Shown here piece after piece: positions 18,827-29,426 of a stretch of 64,000 bases of DNA (position 1 is its first letter; each line of letters starts with the position of its first letter). This stretch comes from Clostridiales bacterium (GTDB taxonomy: Bacteria > Bacillota > Clostridia > Lachnospirales > JAQSXR01): assembly GCA_029256575.1 (NCBI GenBank), contig JAQSXR010000006.1:10202-74201 (forward strand). The letters run 5' to 3'. The translations under genes and the position numbers were made by a program. The notes under the pieces were generated by a model that saw only the letters and a program-made list of their open reading frames with translations, was not told where the DNA came from and did no database searches.

Positions 18827-19801
18827 ATGAAAAGGAAACCGTTATTACTTATTTTTTCTTTAATATTTCTTTCAATCTTTTTATTTGCTTGTTCCATTAA
18901 CGATCTAGAACAAGTCTTAGATATACCAAATAAAACTGCAACCCAAACAACAACTTCAAATAACGACAGTACTAATACTGAAAGTGTTACCACAACTACG
19001 CAATCTGAAAATGGAACCACAAAAAATGGTCTATTAAAAGTCAACTTTATTGATGTTGGCCAAGGTGATAGTATATTTATTATACTACCTAATAGTAAAT
19101 CAATCTTAATTGATGCCGGTGAATCAGATTCTTATGAAAACATTACAAAAATAATAGATTCTTCAAATATTACAAAAATAGATGTCTTGATTGCAACACA
19201 CCCTCATGCCGATCATATTGGTGGTATGGATGAGATTATCGAAAATTATGAAATTGGCAAGATATATATGCCTAAGATTTCTTCGAGTACAACGACGTTT
19301 GAGAATTTACTTCAAACGATCTCTGATAAAAATTTGAAAATTACAACTGCAACTGCTGGAATGAGTATCGAACTAGACGACTCTGTAAACATTGATATTT
19401 TGGGACCAAATTCATCTAATTATGATGATATAAATAATTTTTCAATCATTATAAAATTAACTTATAATAATAATTCTTTTTTATTTACAGGAGATGCTGA
19501 AAGTGTCTCTGAAAAAGAACTGCTTCAAAATCAATATGACCTAAAAGCAGATATATTAAAAGTTGGCCATCATGGGTCTTCTTCCTCAACCTCTGCATCA
19601 TTACTTAAAGCTGTAGAACCTACCTATGCAATAATCAGTGTCGGAAAAGATAATGCATACGGTCATCCTAAACAGAAGCTTCTTGATAGATTAGCTGATT
19701 ATGGAGTTACAACATATCGAACAGATGAGCTTGGAACAATTTCAGTGACTTCCGATGGTGAAAATATTGAAATAATTGCTTTAAAGAAAGATGAGGAGTA
19801 A
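18827..19801 (+). CDS. Secreted ComEC/Rec2-related MBL-fold metallo-hydrolase (lipoprotein)
   Basis: Start at ATG 18827 (AGGAG upstream). LFAC lipobox. FIDVGQGDS and HPHADHIGG beta-lactamase-fold motifs. Confidence 0.8.
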   Translation: MKRKPLLLIFSLIFLSIFLFACSINDLEQVLDIPNKTATQTTTSNNDSTNTESVTTTTQSENGTTKNGLLKVNFIDVGQGDSIFIILPNSKSILIDAGESDSYENITKIIDSSNITKIDVLIATHPHADHIGGMDEIIENYEIGKIYMPKISSSTTTFENLLQTISDKNLKITTATAGMSIELDDSVNIDILGPNSSNYDDINNFSIIIKLTYNNNSFLFTGDAESVSEKELLQNQYDLKADILKVGHHGSSSSTSASLLKAVEPTYAIISVGKDNAYGHPKQKLLDRLADYGVTTYRTDELGTISVTSDGENIEIIALKKDEE

Positions 19802-19802
19802 T

Positions 19803-20000
19803 ATGAAAGTTATAATTGATAGAATTGAGGAAGAGTTCGTTGTTGTAGAACTTTCCAATGGTACTTTTGTTAATTTGCCTAAAGTTCTATTACCTGGAGC
19901 TAAAGAAGGTGATGTAATCACAATTAAAATTGATATGGAAGAAACCTTGTTAAGAAAAGAGAGAATTGAGAAGTTGATGAATCCCTTATGGGAAGAATAA
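19803..20000 (+). CDS. DUF3006-like small protein
   Basis: MKVIIDRIEEEFVVVEL..G pattern. Commonly paired with the ComEC-like MBL hydrolase. Confidence 0.5.
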   Translation: MKVIIDRIEEEFVVVELSNGTFVNLPKVLLPGAKEGDVITIKIDMEETLLRKERIEKLMNPLWEE

Positions 20001-20031
20001 GGTATTTAGCAAATTAAAATAGGATGCAAAA

Positions 20032-20081
20032 AGAAATGGAGTAGCAAAACCTTTGTTAAGAAGGTATGCTACTCCATTTCT
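20032..20081. terminator. Bidirectional hairpin terminator between convergent genes
   Basis: Perfect 15-bp stem agaaatggagtagca / tgctactccatttct. Confidence 0.6.
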
Positions 20082-20142
20082 ATTTGATAAAATATTCATA
20101 AAATTAATTATTACAGTAAAACAAAATTTCAAAATACTACTT

Positions 20143-21432
20143 TTATAATGACCCAGCAATAATGATTGGACTACCAGCAAATTTGACCTTGCCATCCTTT
20201 ACCGTTATTACTTCTCCATCAATTAGATTCGTATATTGACCATCTTCTAAATCAACTATCGTTTCACCTAGTATTCCTTTTAATCCAAAAATACCAACTA
20301 GTTTTTCATTCGCTTTTACATAATATCCAACAACTATATTGCTATTATCGTCCGCTGTTAATTTGTAATTTCCATTTCTAAATAGTGGATTTTGCTTAAT
20401 TTTATAAAGTGATTTTAATAGTTCACTAATATCATAGCCTGTGTTCCAATTAACTTTATCAATATCGAATAAACTTGGTAGATTAACGTCCTCAAACTCT
20501 TGACCTGAATAGATCAAAGCAGCTCCCTTTTGAAAATACATAAATGCAGTCCAATTTATTAAATCTTTTTCATCCGGTATTAATACTTTAGCTCTTGTAT
20601 TATCATGGTTTTCCAAAAATCTTAATTTCACATAATTCATTGGGTATAAACAATCTTGATGATTTAGTGCATCAATATATGTGCTCAATTTAATTTCATT
20701 TTTTAGATATGCATCATAATACTTCTTAACATCATAGTCATAACACATATCAAAAGCTTGGTATACTTCACAATCAGAGTGTGCTTCTATCCCATTGTCA
20801 CGATTGTATTTTAGAAATCCCGTGTCAATTGATTCTGCAAGCCAAATACATTCTGGATTAATGTCTGCTACTTCTATTCTTGCTCTATTCCAAAAATCGA
20901 TTGGTATCATTGAAGCAACATCACATCTGAAACCATCTACGATACCCGCCCACATCTTTAGTGTCTCAATTTGGTAGTTCCATAGTTCTTTGTTTTTGTA
21001 CTCCAAATCAACTACATCCCACCATTCGCCAGTCTTGTTTCCCATAGCCCCGTTCGCTTTACGAAAGAAAAATTCAGGGTGATTCTCTACTAGCCAAGAG
21101 TCAGGTGAAGTATGGTTATATACAACATCAATAATACACTTCATCCCTCTTTTATGTATTTCTTCCACTATATTAGTAAAATCATCTAGTGTTCCATATT
21201 CAGGATTAATTTCTCTATAATCTTTAATCGCATACGGACAACCGAGATCACCTTTTTTGTTCTTTACTCCAATTGGATGAATTGGCATAAACCATATAAT
21301 GTCTACTCCTAAGGACTTAATTCTATCTAGATCCTTTTCTACTGACTTAAAAGTTCCCTCTTCACTATGATTTCTTACATAAATTGAATAAATTACTTGA
21401 TTCCGCAAATCTATATTCGTATTTTTTGCCAT
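20143..21432 (-). CDS. GH13 alpha-amylase-family glycoside hydrolase (no signal peptide)
   Basis: 429 aa. All four GH13 regions are present: DVVYNHTS, GFRCDVASM, WLAESID, FLENHDN. Confidence 0.85.
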   Translation of the reverse strand: MAKNTNIDLRNQVIYSIYVRNHSEEGTFKSVEKDLDRIKSLGVDIIWFMPIHPIGVKNKKGDLGCPYAIKDYREINPEYGTLDDFTNIVEEIHKRGMKCIIDVVYNHTSPDSWLVENHPEFFFRKANGAMGNKTGEWWDVVDLEYKNKELWNYQIETLKMWAGIVDGFRCDVASMIPIDFWNRARIEVADINPECIWLAESIDTGFLKYNRDNGIEAHSDCEVYQAFDMCYDYDVKKYYDAYLKNEIKLSTYIDALNHQDCLYPMNYVKLRFLENHDNTRAKVLIPDEKDLINWTAFMYFQKGAALIYSGQEFEDVNLPSLFDIDKVNWNTGYDISELLKSLYKIKQNPLFRNGNYKLTADDNSNIVVGYYVKANEKLVGIFGLKGILGETIVDLEDGQYTNLIDGEVITVKDGKVKFAGSPIIIAGSL

Positions 21433-21640
21433 AATTAACCTCCATTTTTATTATTTATATACCCTAAGTATACTAAAATTAAGCTCGATTAGCAATTTTA
21501 TTTAACTCATTTTTATTTCTTAAATTTATTATATTTTTTTTAGTAAAATTTATATTGTCAAAATACATAATAAATTGTTGAATGATAGATTTTATGATAT
21601 ACTTATTCTGTGTTTAAGTTATTTTACAAGGAGATACTAT

Positions 21641-22720
21641 ATGAGATTAATATCAACAGACTATCTAACATCTGATATGATGCTTGCTAAAGATATATAC
21701 TACGAAGGCCGTTTTTTATTAAAAGCTGGTATAACAAATGTAAATAAGTACTTAGGAACCTTAAATAATATTGGTATTCGATATATTTACATTGAAGATG
21801 ATAGTAGTAAAGGGATTGAAATCCCAGATTTAATATCTGATGAAACACGCAGACAATGCCAATCCGCACTTAAGGAAACATTAGATAATTTTATAAGTAA
21901 TTGTACAATAGATATTGATAATCTACGAAATCCAATTGAAAATCTTCTATCTGAAATAATAAATAGTGAAGAGATTTTGGTAAGTCTAAATGATATCAAT
22001 GTAAAGGACGATTATACGCTAGCACATTCTATTAGTACAACCGTTTATTCATTATTAATTGCAAAAAAGTTAAATTATAGCTACACTTTAATGGAAAAAT
22101 TAGCAGAAGGAACGCTTCTTCATGATATTGGAAAAATTTTAATTGATAACAAGGTATTATTTAAAGAAGGCTCCTTAGACGATGAAGAATTTAAGCTTAT
22201 TCAGCAACATACAGTTCTTGGATATAATCTTCTTAAGAAAAATTCATTACTTTCTGAAGCTTCTAGAATAATTTCTTTATCACACCATGAGCGTGTGGAT
22301 GGATTAGGTTATCCGAATGGATTACGCGCTGATGAACTGCATGAATTCTCTAAAATAACAACGATTGCAGATGTGTATGATGCACTTACATCTGATCGAT
22401 GTTATAGAAGTAAATGGCCAGCACGCAAAGCACTTGATTATCTTATTGAGAATAGTGGAATAAGATTTGATACAGAATTAGTTACTTTATTTACGCAACA
22501 AATTGCTGTATTTCCAAATGGTTCTACGGTTCGATTGTCTGATGGGTGCTTAGGTATCATAGAAAAACAAAATGCTAATATGCCCCTTAGGCCTATTGTA
22601 AGAGTTATACGAGATCAAGAGGGATCAATTATCCCTTACTATTCAATTGATCTTTTATCGGAGCTTTCAATTACAATTATAGAATCTGAATTAGAGATAC
22701 AAAATAGAAGTAGCTTATAA
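21641..22720 (+). CDS. HD-GYP domain protein (putative c-di-GMP phosphodiesterase)
   Basis: Start at ATG 21641, after AAGGAG. HDIGK and HHERVDGLGYP motifs. Confidence 0.85.
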   Translation: MRLISTDYLTSDMMLAKDIYYEGRFLLKAGITNVNKYLGTLNNIGIRYIYIEDDSSKGIEIPDLISDETRRQCQSALKETLDNFISNCTIDIDNLRNPIENLLSEIINSEEILVSLNDINVKDDYTLAHSISTTVYSLLIAKKLNYSYTLMEKLAEGTLLHDIGKILIDNKVLFKEGSLDDEEFKLIQQHTVLGYNLLKKNSLLSEASRIISLSHHERVDGLGYPNGLRADELHEFSKITTIADVYDALTSDRCYRSKWPARKALDYLIENSGIRFDTELVTLFTQQIAVFPNGSTVRLSDGCLGIIEKQNANMPLRPIVRVIRDQEGSIIPYYSIDLLSELSITIIESELEIQNRSSL

Positions 22721-22734
22721 GCTACTTCTATTTT
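22701..22734. terminator. Palindromic bidirectional terminator overlapping the HD-GYP stop codon
   Basis: aaaatagaagtagcttataagctacttctatttt is a perfect palindrome. Confidence 0.6.
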
Positions 22735-22738
22735 GTAT

Positions 22739-23086
22739 TTATATATTTAATAAGAGGGGGGGAAAAACAACTAATAACATCATTTTAAATTGTTCTTTCG
22801 CATAAACTGCATGTGCAATCTTTGCTGGCATAATAATTGTTTCGCCTTTGTTTACAATATATTTATTTAAACCAATTGTTACTTCACCTTGTCCATCCAG
22901 TACAATGACCATCGCATCTCCACTAGAATCGTGTGAACTTATTTCCTCATCTTTATCAAATGCAAACAGTGTAAGACTTACACTACTATTTTGTGTTAAT
23001 GTTTTACTAACAACTTGGCCTACTTGATAATTTACCAAATCTGCAAGAGTGTGTACTATTTCAAAATCAGTTATTAGTATAGCCAT
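22739..23086 (-). CDS. Cupin-domain protein
   Basis: 115 aa. The G(x)5HxH-like region and beta-barrel pattern (SHDSSGDAMVIVLDGQG...GETIIMPA..AHAV) fit a cupin. Confidence 0.6.
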   Translation of the reverse strand: MAILITDFEIVHTLADLVNYQVGQVVSKTLTQNSSVSLTLFAFDKDEEISSHDSSGDAMVIVLDGQGEVTIGLNKYIVNKGETIIMPAKIAHAVYAKEQFKMMLLVVFPPLLLNI

Positions 23087-23144
23087 ATTGTACCATTATT
23101 ATGCTGTGAAAATGTGTTGCCGTAGCTACAAATAAAAATATATA

Positions 23145-23190
23145 ATAAAAAAATTTAGGGTTGAACTTTAATTAATAAAAGTTCAACCCT
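23145..23190 (-). terminator. Rho-independent terminator of the MCP gene
   Basis: Minus strand: agggttgaactt-(loop)-aagttcaaccct followed by a T-run. Confidence 0.6.
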
Positions 23191-23208
23191 ATCATTATAT
23201 GTAGTATT

Positions 23209-24912
23209 TTAAAATTTAAATTTGGCTAGTTCTTGCTTTAGAACTTCTGCTACTTGAGCTAATGCACTACTTGAAGTTGCCATTTCCGTCATTGTCGCAG
23301 TTTGCTCTTCTACCGAAGCAGATGTTTCTTGCGTTGTTGCTGCATTGGTTTCAGATATTGTTGATAAATTCTTCATAATCGTTATTACTTCATTTTTCTT
23401 ATCTCTCATTTCAAGACCAGATTGATTTAATTCTTCTAAAATAGAATTTATACTATCAAGTGCTTGAGAGATCCCCTCGAATTTACTCTTTGTCTCATCT
23501 ACACTTTCACTTTGTGCTTTTACTGTAAAAGTGATAACATCCATTGTATTCACTGCTGTTTCAATCTTAACCATTAATTGTTTAATAATTGTATCTATTT
23601 CTTTTGTAAAATGATTCGATTCTTCCGCTAATTTTCTAATTTCATCAGCAACTACAGCAAAACCAGCTCCAGCTTCTCCTGCTCTCGCAGCTTCGATTGC
23701 AGCATTTAATGCTAACAAGTTGGTCTGTCTCGCAATATTCTTAATCATTTCACTTGCCTTTTTAATTTGTTTTGCACTTACATTTGTTTCCCCAATAATA
23801 GTGGCTATTTCTATTGATGCTTGGTTATTTTCTGATGTTTTTACGATTAAGTCCTTTACAATCTTTACACCATCATCTTTTAAACTTAATGCTGCATTTG
23901 TAGATTGAGTAAGATTTAACATATTAGTAAAATCGTTTTCCACTAGTCTACCTAAATACTCTAAATCTCCTGCCCCTTGTTCTGTATCTTTCGCTTGTTC
24001 ATTTGCATTTTTTGCAATTTCCTCAACCGCTTTCGCCACTTCTTCTGTAGCTGTAGAAACTTGACTACTCATCGTTGCTATCTTTTCTGAAGCCATAGAT
24101 ACTTCCATAGTAGTATCATTCACTGTAGTCATAAACTCATTTAGATTAGTTCTAACAGTTTCTAGCGAATTTGCCAAAATACCTAATTCATTTCTTTTGC
24201 CTAAGTAAATTTGCTCAATCGGTGATGTAATATCTAATGCACCCATTTTTTCTGTTTGATGTGATAAATACACAATCGGTTTTGTTATTGAAGTAGCAAC
24301 AAATGATGTAAGTACTCCAAATATCAAAAGACAGATTAATGTTGCAACTAGAGCTATAATAACAGACGAAGCAGAATATCGTTGAATAACTGAATTTGAT
24401 AATTCTATATTGAATCCTAAGAATAAACCACCAACCAATTTACCATTACTACCCATCTCTGGTACATAGGTACCATAATACGTAGAACCATATAATATTA
24501 CTTCTGATTGAATCGTCTCTCCATTACGCATCGATTTCAAAACATCCGTATCCGTTAAAGATGAACCGATTACTAATTTTCCCTCTTCATCTTTAATCGT
24601 AGTATTTAATCTTCGTAAAGAACTACTTGAATAAGTGAATATTGTTACATCAATTCCAAAGTCCTTATTCATCTCCAGCAAAGCATTTGTATCTGGTCCT
24701 GTGGTAATTTCAGTACCATACTTCTCAACGTATGTCGGAAATACATTTGCAAGATCTTCAATATGATCTACCAGCATCTCCGCCTGTAGCTTCTTTAAAT
24801 TACTTTGTCCATTAAAATAATTAATAATAGCTATACTAATGCACGATACGACCAATATCCCCAAAATACAAAATGTAACCTGTAGCTTTAAACTTTTTCT
24901 CAAAATACCCAT
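23209..24912 (-). CDS. Methyl-accepting chemotaxis protein (periplasmic Cache-like domain, HAMP, MA signalling domain)
   Basis: 567 aa. Highly conserved MA hairpin: [40 protein letters not shown]. Confidence 0.9.
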   Translation of the reverse strand: MGILRKSLKLQVTFCILGILVVSCISIAIINYFNGQSNLKKLQAEMLVDHIEDLANVFPTYVEKYGTEITTGPDTNALLEMNKDFGIDVTIFTYSSSSLRRLNTTIKDEEGKLVIGSSLTDTDVLKSMRNGETIQSEVILYGSTYYGTYVPEMGSNGKLVGGLFLGFNIELSNSVIQRYSASSVIIALVATLICLLIFGVLTSFVATSITKPIVYLSHQTEKMGALDITSPIEQIYLGKRNELGILANSLETVRTNLNEFMTTVNDTTMEVSMASEKIATMSSQVSTATEEVAKAVEEIAKNANEQAKDTEQGAGDLEYLGRLVENDFTNMLNLTQSTNAALSLKDDGVKIVKDLIVKTSENNQASIEIATIIGETNVSAKQIKKASEMIKNIARQTNLLALNAAIEAARAGEAGAGFAVVADEIRKLAEESNHFTKEIDTIIKQLMVKIETAVNTMDVITFTVKAQSESVDETKSKFEGISQALDSINSILEELNQSGLEMRDKKNEVITIMKNLSTISETNAATTQETSASVEEQTATMTEMATSSSALAQVAEVLKQELAKFKF

Positions 24913-25154
24913 GCGTCCACCCCTTAATATGTAATTGTATTATGCAGTAAATTATAAATCCAACATACTGTGTACAACCCTATTATATCACATTTTACCA
25001 ATTTTAGACAATGTATTTATTATTTTTTGTAGGTTTTTAACAAATATTTTTTATATAATTTGTAATTATTATTATCATACTAGCATATTAGCTAACCACT
25101 CCTTAACTTTTATTACATAAGTCATAATATAGTATAATTTTAGTGTTTTAAGCA

Positions 25155-25193
25155 ATAAAAATTGGCAATTAACCATTGATGATTAACTGCCAA
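25155..25193 (-). terminator. Rho-independent terminator after the TM2-domain gene
   Basis: Minus strand: ttggcagttaa-(loop)-ttaattgccaa followed by TTTTTAT. Confidence 0.6.
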
Positions 25194-25195
25194 AT

Positions 25196-25216
25196 ATTAT
25201 TATTATTATTATTATT
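25196..25216. repeat. (ATT)7 trinucleotide repeat between the stop codon and the terminator
   Basis: Direct reading: attattattattattattatt. Confidence 0.8.
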
Positions 25217-25236
25217 GCTATTAATAAATTTTATAT

Positions 25237-25833
25237 TTATCGAATTCTTACTTGATTACTAACTTGAAAATTATGTTCGTTTGACGCTAAATAAACAATT
25301 CCTTCAATTAACCCAATAAAAGCTGGTATAAATGTCCAGGAAAACAAAAGATATATGACCCCTAACCCAACTTTACCCAAATAAAATTTATGAATACCAA
25401 TACCACCAAAAAATATAGCAAGAATTCCAGCTACTGCTTTACTCTTTATCGGCCAAGCTGGATTAATTCCATTAACCCAATTAGCTTGATATGGTGACTG
25501 TCCTTGATACATCGGTTGACCCTGGTAAGGCGGCTGGCCTTGATATGGTGGCTGGCCTTGGTATGGTGGCTGACCTTGATATGGTGGTTGGCCTTGATAC
25601 GGTGCTTGCCCTTGATACGGTACTTGCCCTTGATATGGTGGTTGCCCTTGATATGGTGCTTGCCCTTGATACGGTACTTGCCCTGGATATTGTGGTTGGG
25701 CTTGATATGGTGCTGCTTGGCCTGGATATGGTGCTTGTGTTATTTGTGTAGAAACTATTTCTCCACAATATTTACACTCCGAAACACCTGGACTTAATGG
25801 TCCCCCACATTGAGGGCATTGTAAACCTGCCAT
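25237..25833 (-). CDS. Zinc-ribbon / P-Y-Q-G-Q repeat / TM2-domain membrane protein
   Basis: 198 aa. N-terminal CPQCG...CKYCG. About 14 P(P/A/V)YQGQ repeats. C-terminal TM2-like segment GILAIFFGGIGIHKFYLGK. Confidence 0.75.
   Translation of the reverse strand: MAGLQCPQCGGPLSPGVSECKYCGEIVSTQITQAPYPGQAAPYQAQPQYPGQVPYQGQAPYQGQPPYQGQVPYQGQAPYQGQPPYQGQPPYQGQPPYQGQPPYQGQPMYQGQSPYQANWVNGINPAWPIKSKAVAGILAIFFGGIGIHKFYLGKVGLGVIYLLFSWTFIPAFIGLIEGIVYLASNEHNFQVSNQVRIR
25497..25735 (-). repeat. In-frame 18-bp coding tandem repeat (encodes PPYQGQ / APYQGQ / VPYQGQ)
   Basis: Repeated ccttgatatggtggYtgRcc units. They also generate three spurious overlapping ORFs in the ORF track. Confidence 0.85.
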
Positions 25834-25844
25834 GATAATACCTC

Positions 25845-26270
25845 CTAAATATTATTATTTTTATGATTTATTCCAATTAAAGCAGTAGGTAATACTAGCA
25901 AGAAATAGATAAATAAAATCAATATATGAAATAGTGAATAATACTTAACACTTATAATGTTATATGTTGCAAATATGAAGATGTACAGTATTAGTGTGTA
26001 TAGTACTGTTATCGTGGCAATTGAGATATAACTAGCAATCGCCATAATCTTTGATAGTGTTTTTCCAAAACCTATGACTATTATAATTACCAACGAGTTA
26101 ACTATCATGAATAAAAATGTAGGTAGGAAATTTTCTGAAGCCTGTATATCGCAAACGATAAATGCAACCATATATACAATACTTAAAAACATAAATATTA
26201 ATAATGCTAAAAATATTGAACCTATCGCTGACACGGATGGTTTATATTCGACCTTATCATTATCTTTCAT
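25845..26270 (-). CDS. Polytopic membrane protein (about 4 TM helices), unknown function
   Basis: 141 aa, almost entirely hydrophobic. Sits between the SPFH and TM2 genes with 4-bp and 11-bp gaps. Confidence 0.5.
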   Translation of the reverse strand: MKDNDKVEYKPSVSAIGSIFLALLIFMFLSIVYMVAFIVCDIQASENFLPTFLFMIVNSLVIIIVIGFGKTLSKIMAIASYISIATITVLYTLILYIFIFATYNIISVKYYSLFHILILFIYFLLVLPTALIGINHKNNNI

Positions 26271-26274
26271 CTTT

Positions 26275-27402
26275 TTATTCCTCTACCTTTCTTCCACATA
26301 TATTACAAAACTTTGAACCCTCTGCAAGTTTAGCTCCGCATTCACATGTTCTGTCTTCTAAGTTAGTTCCACAGGAAGAGCAAAACTTAGACCCGTCGGA
26401 ATTTTTAGTGCCACATTTATAACACACACGTTCGTTTAATGACTTTCCACATGAATTGCAAAATTTAGATTCTGCAGCAATCTTTGAATGACAAGATGGG
26501 CAAATCATCTGTTCCAACTTCTGACCTGGTGCTGAAACCGTATTGTTCATTGTGCTCCCAAGTGCAACCCCAGCTCCTAAACCGATACCCCCAGCAACAA
26601 AAGCACCCGCTACTCCATTTTCATTATTAGCAGCTCCTTCGTATACATCGAAGCTTCTCTTTGTAGAATAACGATTATCGCCCATAATTTCAAAGGCTGC
26701 TTTATCCACTAGAATATTATTTATATTGTTAAAATCCTCTTCCGGAAAATTAATTGATTGAATAAAAAAGTTAATAATTGAAAATCCATAATCTTTAAAA
26801 TATGTATCAATTCTATCTTTCGCTATTTCAGAAATATCATCAAGTTTAGCAGATATTTCTAAAGCAGATATTTTATTATTTATTATAATATCAGCAATAA
26901 TTGATTTGATTTTCGTTACTAAAACACCTTTATAATAATCTACTATTTTATCAAATTTAATTACATCGTCTTGGTTCATACCCCCAATTAATTCTGTAAA
27001 GAAAACTCTATAATCAGAAATCTTAAGTCCAAATTGTCCAAATGCCCTTACTCGAAGTCTAACAAAATACTTTGGGTCTACTATTTGTATTGGGTCAACC
27101 GTTCCCCAATGCATATCCAATTTTGTTGTAACATTAATAAAATATACCTCTGCTGTAAATGGAGTTTTTCCACCGAAAGGCATATTAATTATCCCTTGAA
27201 TAATTGGTAAATTGCTACTACTAAGTGTATGAGTTCCGGCGGTAAATATGTCGCCTACCTTTCCCCCTTTTACAAATATAACAACTTGACCCTCATTTAC
27301 TATTAATTGTGAACCAATTACTAATTGCTCACTCGGATGTTTATATACTAACCAATCTCTTGAACGCAATCCATCAAATTTAATTCTATCAATAATTGCC
27401 AT
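26275..27402 (-). CDS. SPFH/Band-7-like protein (YdjI / virion-core-protein-like) with three C-terminal zinc ribbons
   Basis: 375 aa. N-terminal region AIIDRIKFDG...WLVYKHP...GSQLIVNEGQ resembles B. subtilis YdjI. The C-terminus carries CPSCH..CNSCG, CYKCG..CSSCG and CECG..CNICG. Confidence 0.7.
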   Translation of the reverse strand: MAIIDRIKFDGLRSRDWLVYKHPSEQLVIGSQLIVNEGQVVIFVKGGKVGDIFTAGTHTLSSSNLPIIQGIINMPFGGKTPFTAEVYFINVTTKLDMHWGTVDPIQIVDPKYFVRLRVRAFGQFGLKISDYRVFFTELIGGMNQDDVIKFDKIVDYYKGVLVTKIKSIIADIIINNKISALEISAKLDDISEIAKDRIDTYFKDYGFSIINFFIQSINFPEEDFNNINNILVDKAAFEIMGDNRYSTKRSFDVYEGAANNENGVAGAFVAGGIGLGAGVALGSTMNNTVSAPGQKLEQMICPSCHSKIAAESKFCNSCGKSLNERVCYKCGTKNSDGSKFCSSCGTNLEDRTCECGAKLAEGSKFCNICGRKVEE

Positions 27403-27643
27403 AGTTACCCTCCCATTATTAACAATTCAATATCTGTTAGCCCATAGCTAACGTTCCGTGTTAAGAAATCTTATGATTTTACTCAACTAATTATACACTT
27501 ATTGGCAATGTTTTGCAATTACTAAAGGCAATATGGTCGATACAAAAACACTTCCAACATGTATTGACATTTTCTTCCTTACTTGATAATATAGTTGTAT
27601 AAAATAAACAACTAAGTAACTATGTTACCAAGGGAGGATTTTC

Positions 27644-28543
27644 ATGAGCACAATTCTTGTATCAGGATTAGTAAATATGGAAACAACAGTAAAGATTCAA
27701 TCTTTTCCTATCGATTATTCACCTATTCATTTTCCTTTTTTCGGAGTAAACTCTTTTCCTGCAGGGGTTGGACTCAATCTAAGTATAGCCTTTCGTACTT
27801 TAGGTGACGAAGTTAAACTATTATCTCTAATCGGAAACGATACAACTGCTTCTATCATCAAAAACGAGTTAGAAACACGTAATATAGAAACTAAATATTT
27901 AATAGAGGAACTTACAAATACATCTCAATCCGTAATACTTTACGATAATTGGGGAAAACGTCAAATATATTGTGATCTAAAAGATATTCAAGAACGTTCA
28001 TATAAAGAAGATCTCTTTATTGATGCAGCAAAAGATTGTGATATTATTTGTTTATGCAATATAAACTTTTCAAGAAACCTTCTTCCGATAGCGAAAGAAA
28101 TGGGTAAACTAATCGCTACCGATGTCCAAGTATTAGGTGATATCTACGATACTTACAATGCTGATTTTATGAAATATTCCGATATACTATTTATGAGCAA
28201 TGAAAACATCCATGAGTCTGTGGAAGATTTTATCGCAAAAATTGCAGCTGTATATGATAACAAAATTATTGTTGTGGGACTAGGTAGTGAAGGCGCACTA
28301 CTTTATGTAAAAAACGATAATTTTATAGGCAGATTCCCTGCTGTCTATACACGAGAGGTTGTTAATACAATTGGTGCGGGTGATTCTTTATTTTCATCCT
28401 TTATTCATTTTTATAGCATAGATGCCAATCCATATGAAGCAATAAAGAAAGCAATCGTTTTTGCTTCTTATAAAATAGGAAGTAGCGGTGCAGCACAAGG
28501 CTTCTTAACCTCACAAGAACTTGAAAAATGGTATAATAATTAA
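27644..28543 (+). CDS. PfkB-family carbohydrate kinase
   Basis: 299 aa. NTIGAGD signature and an N-terminal GG-like motif (PAGVGLN). Confidence 0.85.
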   Translation: MSTILVSGLVNMETTVKIQSFPIDYSPIHFPFFGVNSFPAGVGLNLSIAFRTLGDEVKLLSLIGNDTTASIIKNELETRNIETKYLIEELTNTSQSVILYDNWGKRQIYCDLKDIQERSYKEDLFIDAAKDCDIICLCNINFSRNLLPIAKEMGKLIATDVQVLGDIYDTYNADFMKYSDILFMSNENIHESVEDFIAKIAAVYDNKIIVVGLGSEGALLYVKNDNFIGRFPAVYTREVVNTIGAGDSLFSSFIHFYSIDANPYEAIKKAIVFASYKIGSSGAAQGFLTSQELEKWYNN

Positions 28544-28573
28544 ATATAGCTAGAAAGGAGCCTTCAATAAATC

Positions 28574-29365
28574 ATGTATGAAGTTGAAATAATAGATTGT
28601 TTGACTAAACTTAATTTTACCAAATTAGAAGCACAAGTTTATTTAGTTTTATTAGAAAGCGGCCCTTTATCTGGTTATCAGGTAGCTAAAAAAATAGAAA
28701 TATCAAGATCCTCCATATATAATGCTTTAGATCATATGTATGAAAAAGGTATTGTGATGTTACTCTCCGATAAAACTTCCACTTATGTAGCAGAAAAACC
28801 CGAAACTTTATTCAATAAACTAAATTATGAATATATAGAAAATTCAAAAAAAGCAATTAGAGGGTTAACGGAACTTTTTGAAACGAAACATGAAGAACGA
28901 CATTCTAATTTCAAAGGTTTTGAATCTGCTATTTTCAAGACGAAGGAGTTACTCAATGCAGCTGAATCCGAAGTCTATATCAATATGGATTTTGATTTAA
29001 GTTATTTTAGGGAAGAATTAGTTTCGCTTAATAAAAGAGGAGTACGAATAGTTGTATTTTCATTTTATCAAATTAATACAACTAATATAGACATTGAGCT
29101 ATATTCACATAACCGTCCGGTTAATCCTACTACATCCCCATCACGTCTTATGATAGTGGTAGATAACAAAGTAACCTTATTGGCAGATACCTATAAGGAG
29201 CGTGCGACATGGCTTGGTACAATCACAAATAATTCTTTAATGGTTTCAATTATTGCTGAGCACATTCACAATGATATTTATTTATTAAAACTTCGTAACA
29301 ACTACGGATTTATTTTTGATGATAAAGTAAGTCTCCACACGAAGTTTGAGAACAATTGCTTATAA
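28574..29365 (+). CDS. TrmB-family transcriptional regulator
   Basis: 263 aa. N-terminal winged HTH: LGFTKLEAQVYLVLLESGPLSGYQVAKKIEISRSSIYNALDHMYEKG. Confidence 0.8.
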   Translation: MYEVEIIDCLTKLNFTKLEAQVYLVLLESGPLSGYQVAKKIEISRSSIYNALDHMYEKGIVMLLSDKTSTYVAEKPETLFNKLNYEYIENSKKAIRGLTELFETKHEERHSNFKGFESAIFKTKELLNAAESEVYINMDFDLSYFREELVSLNKRGVRIVVFSFYQINTTNIDIELYSHNRPVNPTTSPSRLMIVVDNKVTLLADTYKERATWLGTITNNSLMVSIIAEHIHNDIYLLKLRNNYGFIFDDKVSLHTKFENNCL

Positions 29366-29426
29366 TAATTATTAAAAAGAAAGTAAGATACAAAATATAA
29401 AATATAATACTTGATTGGGAGAAACT

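Noticed and set aside
25481-25797. ORFs 25481-25768(-), 25491-25751(+) and 25504-25797(+) from the ORF track.
   Set aside because: They are alternative-frame or antisense readings of the 18-bp PPYQGQ coding repeat inside the TM2-domain gene, and their translations are low-complexity artefacts.
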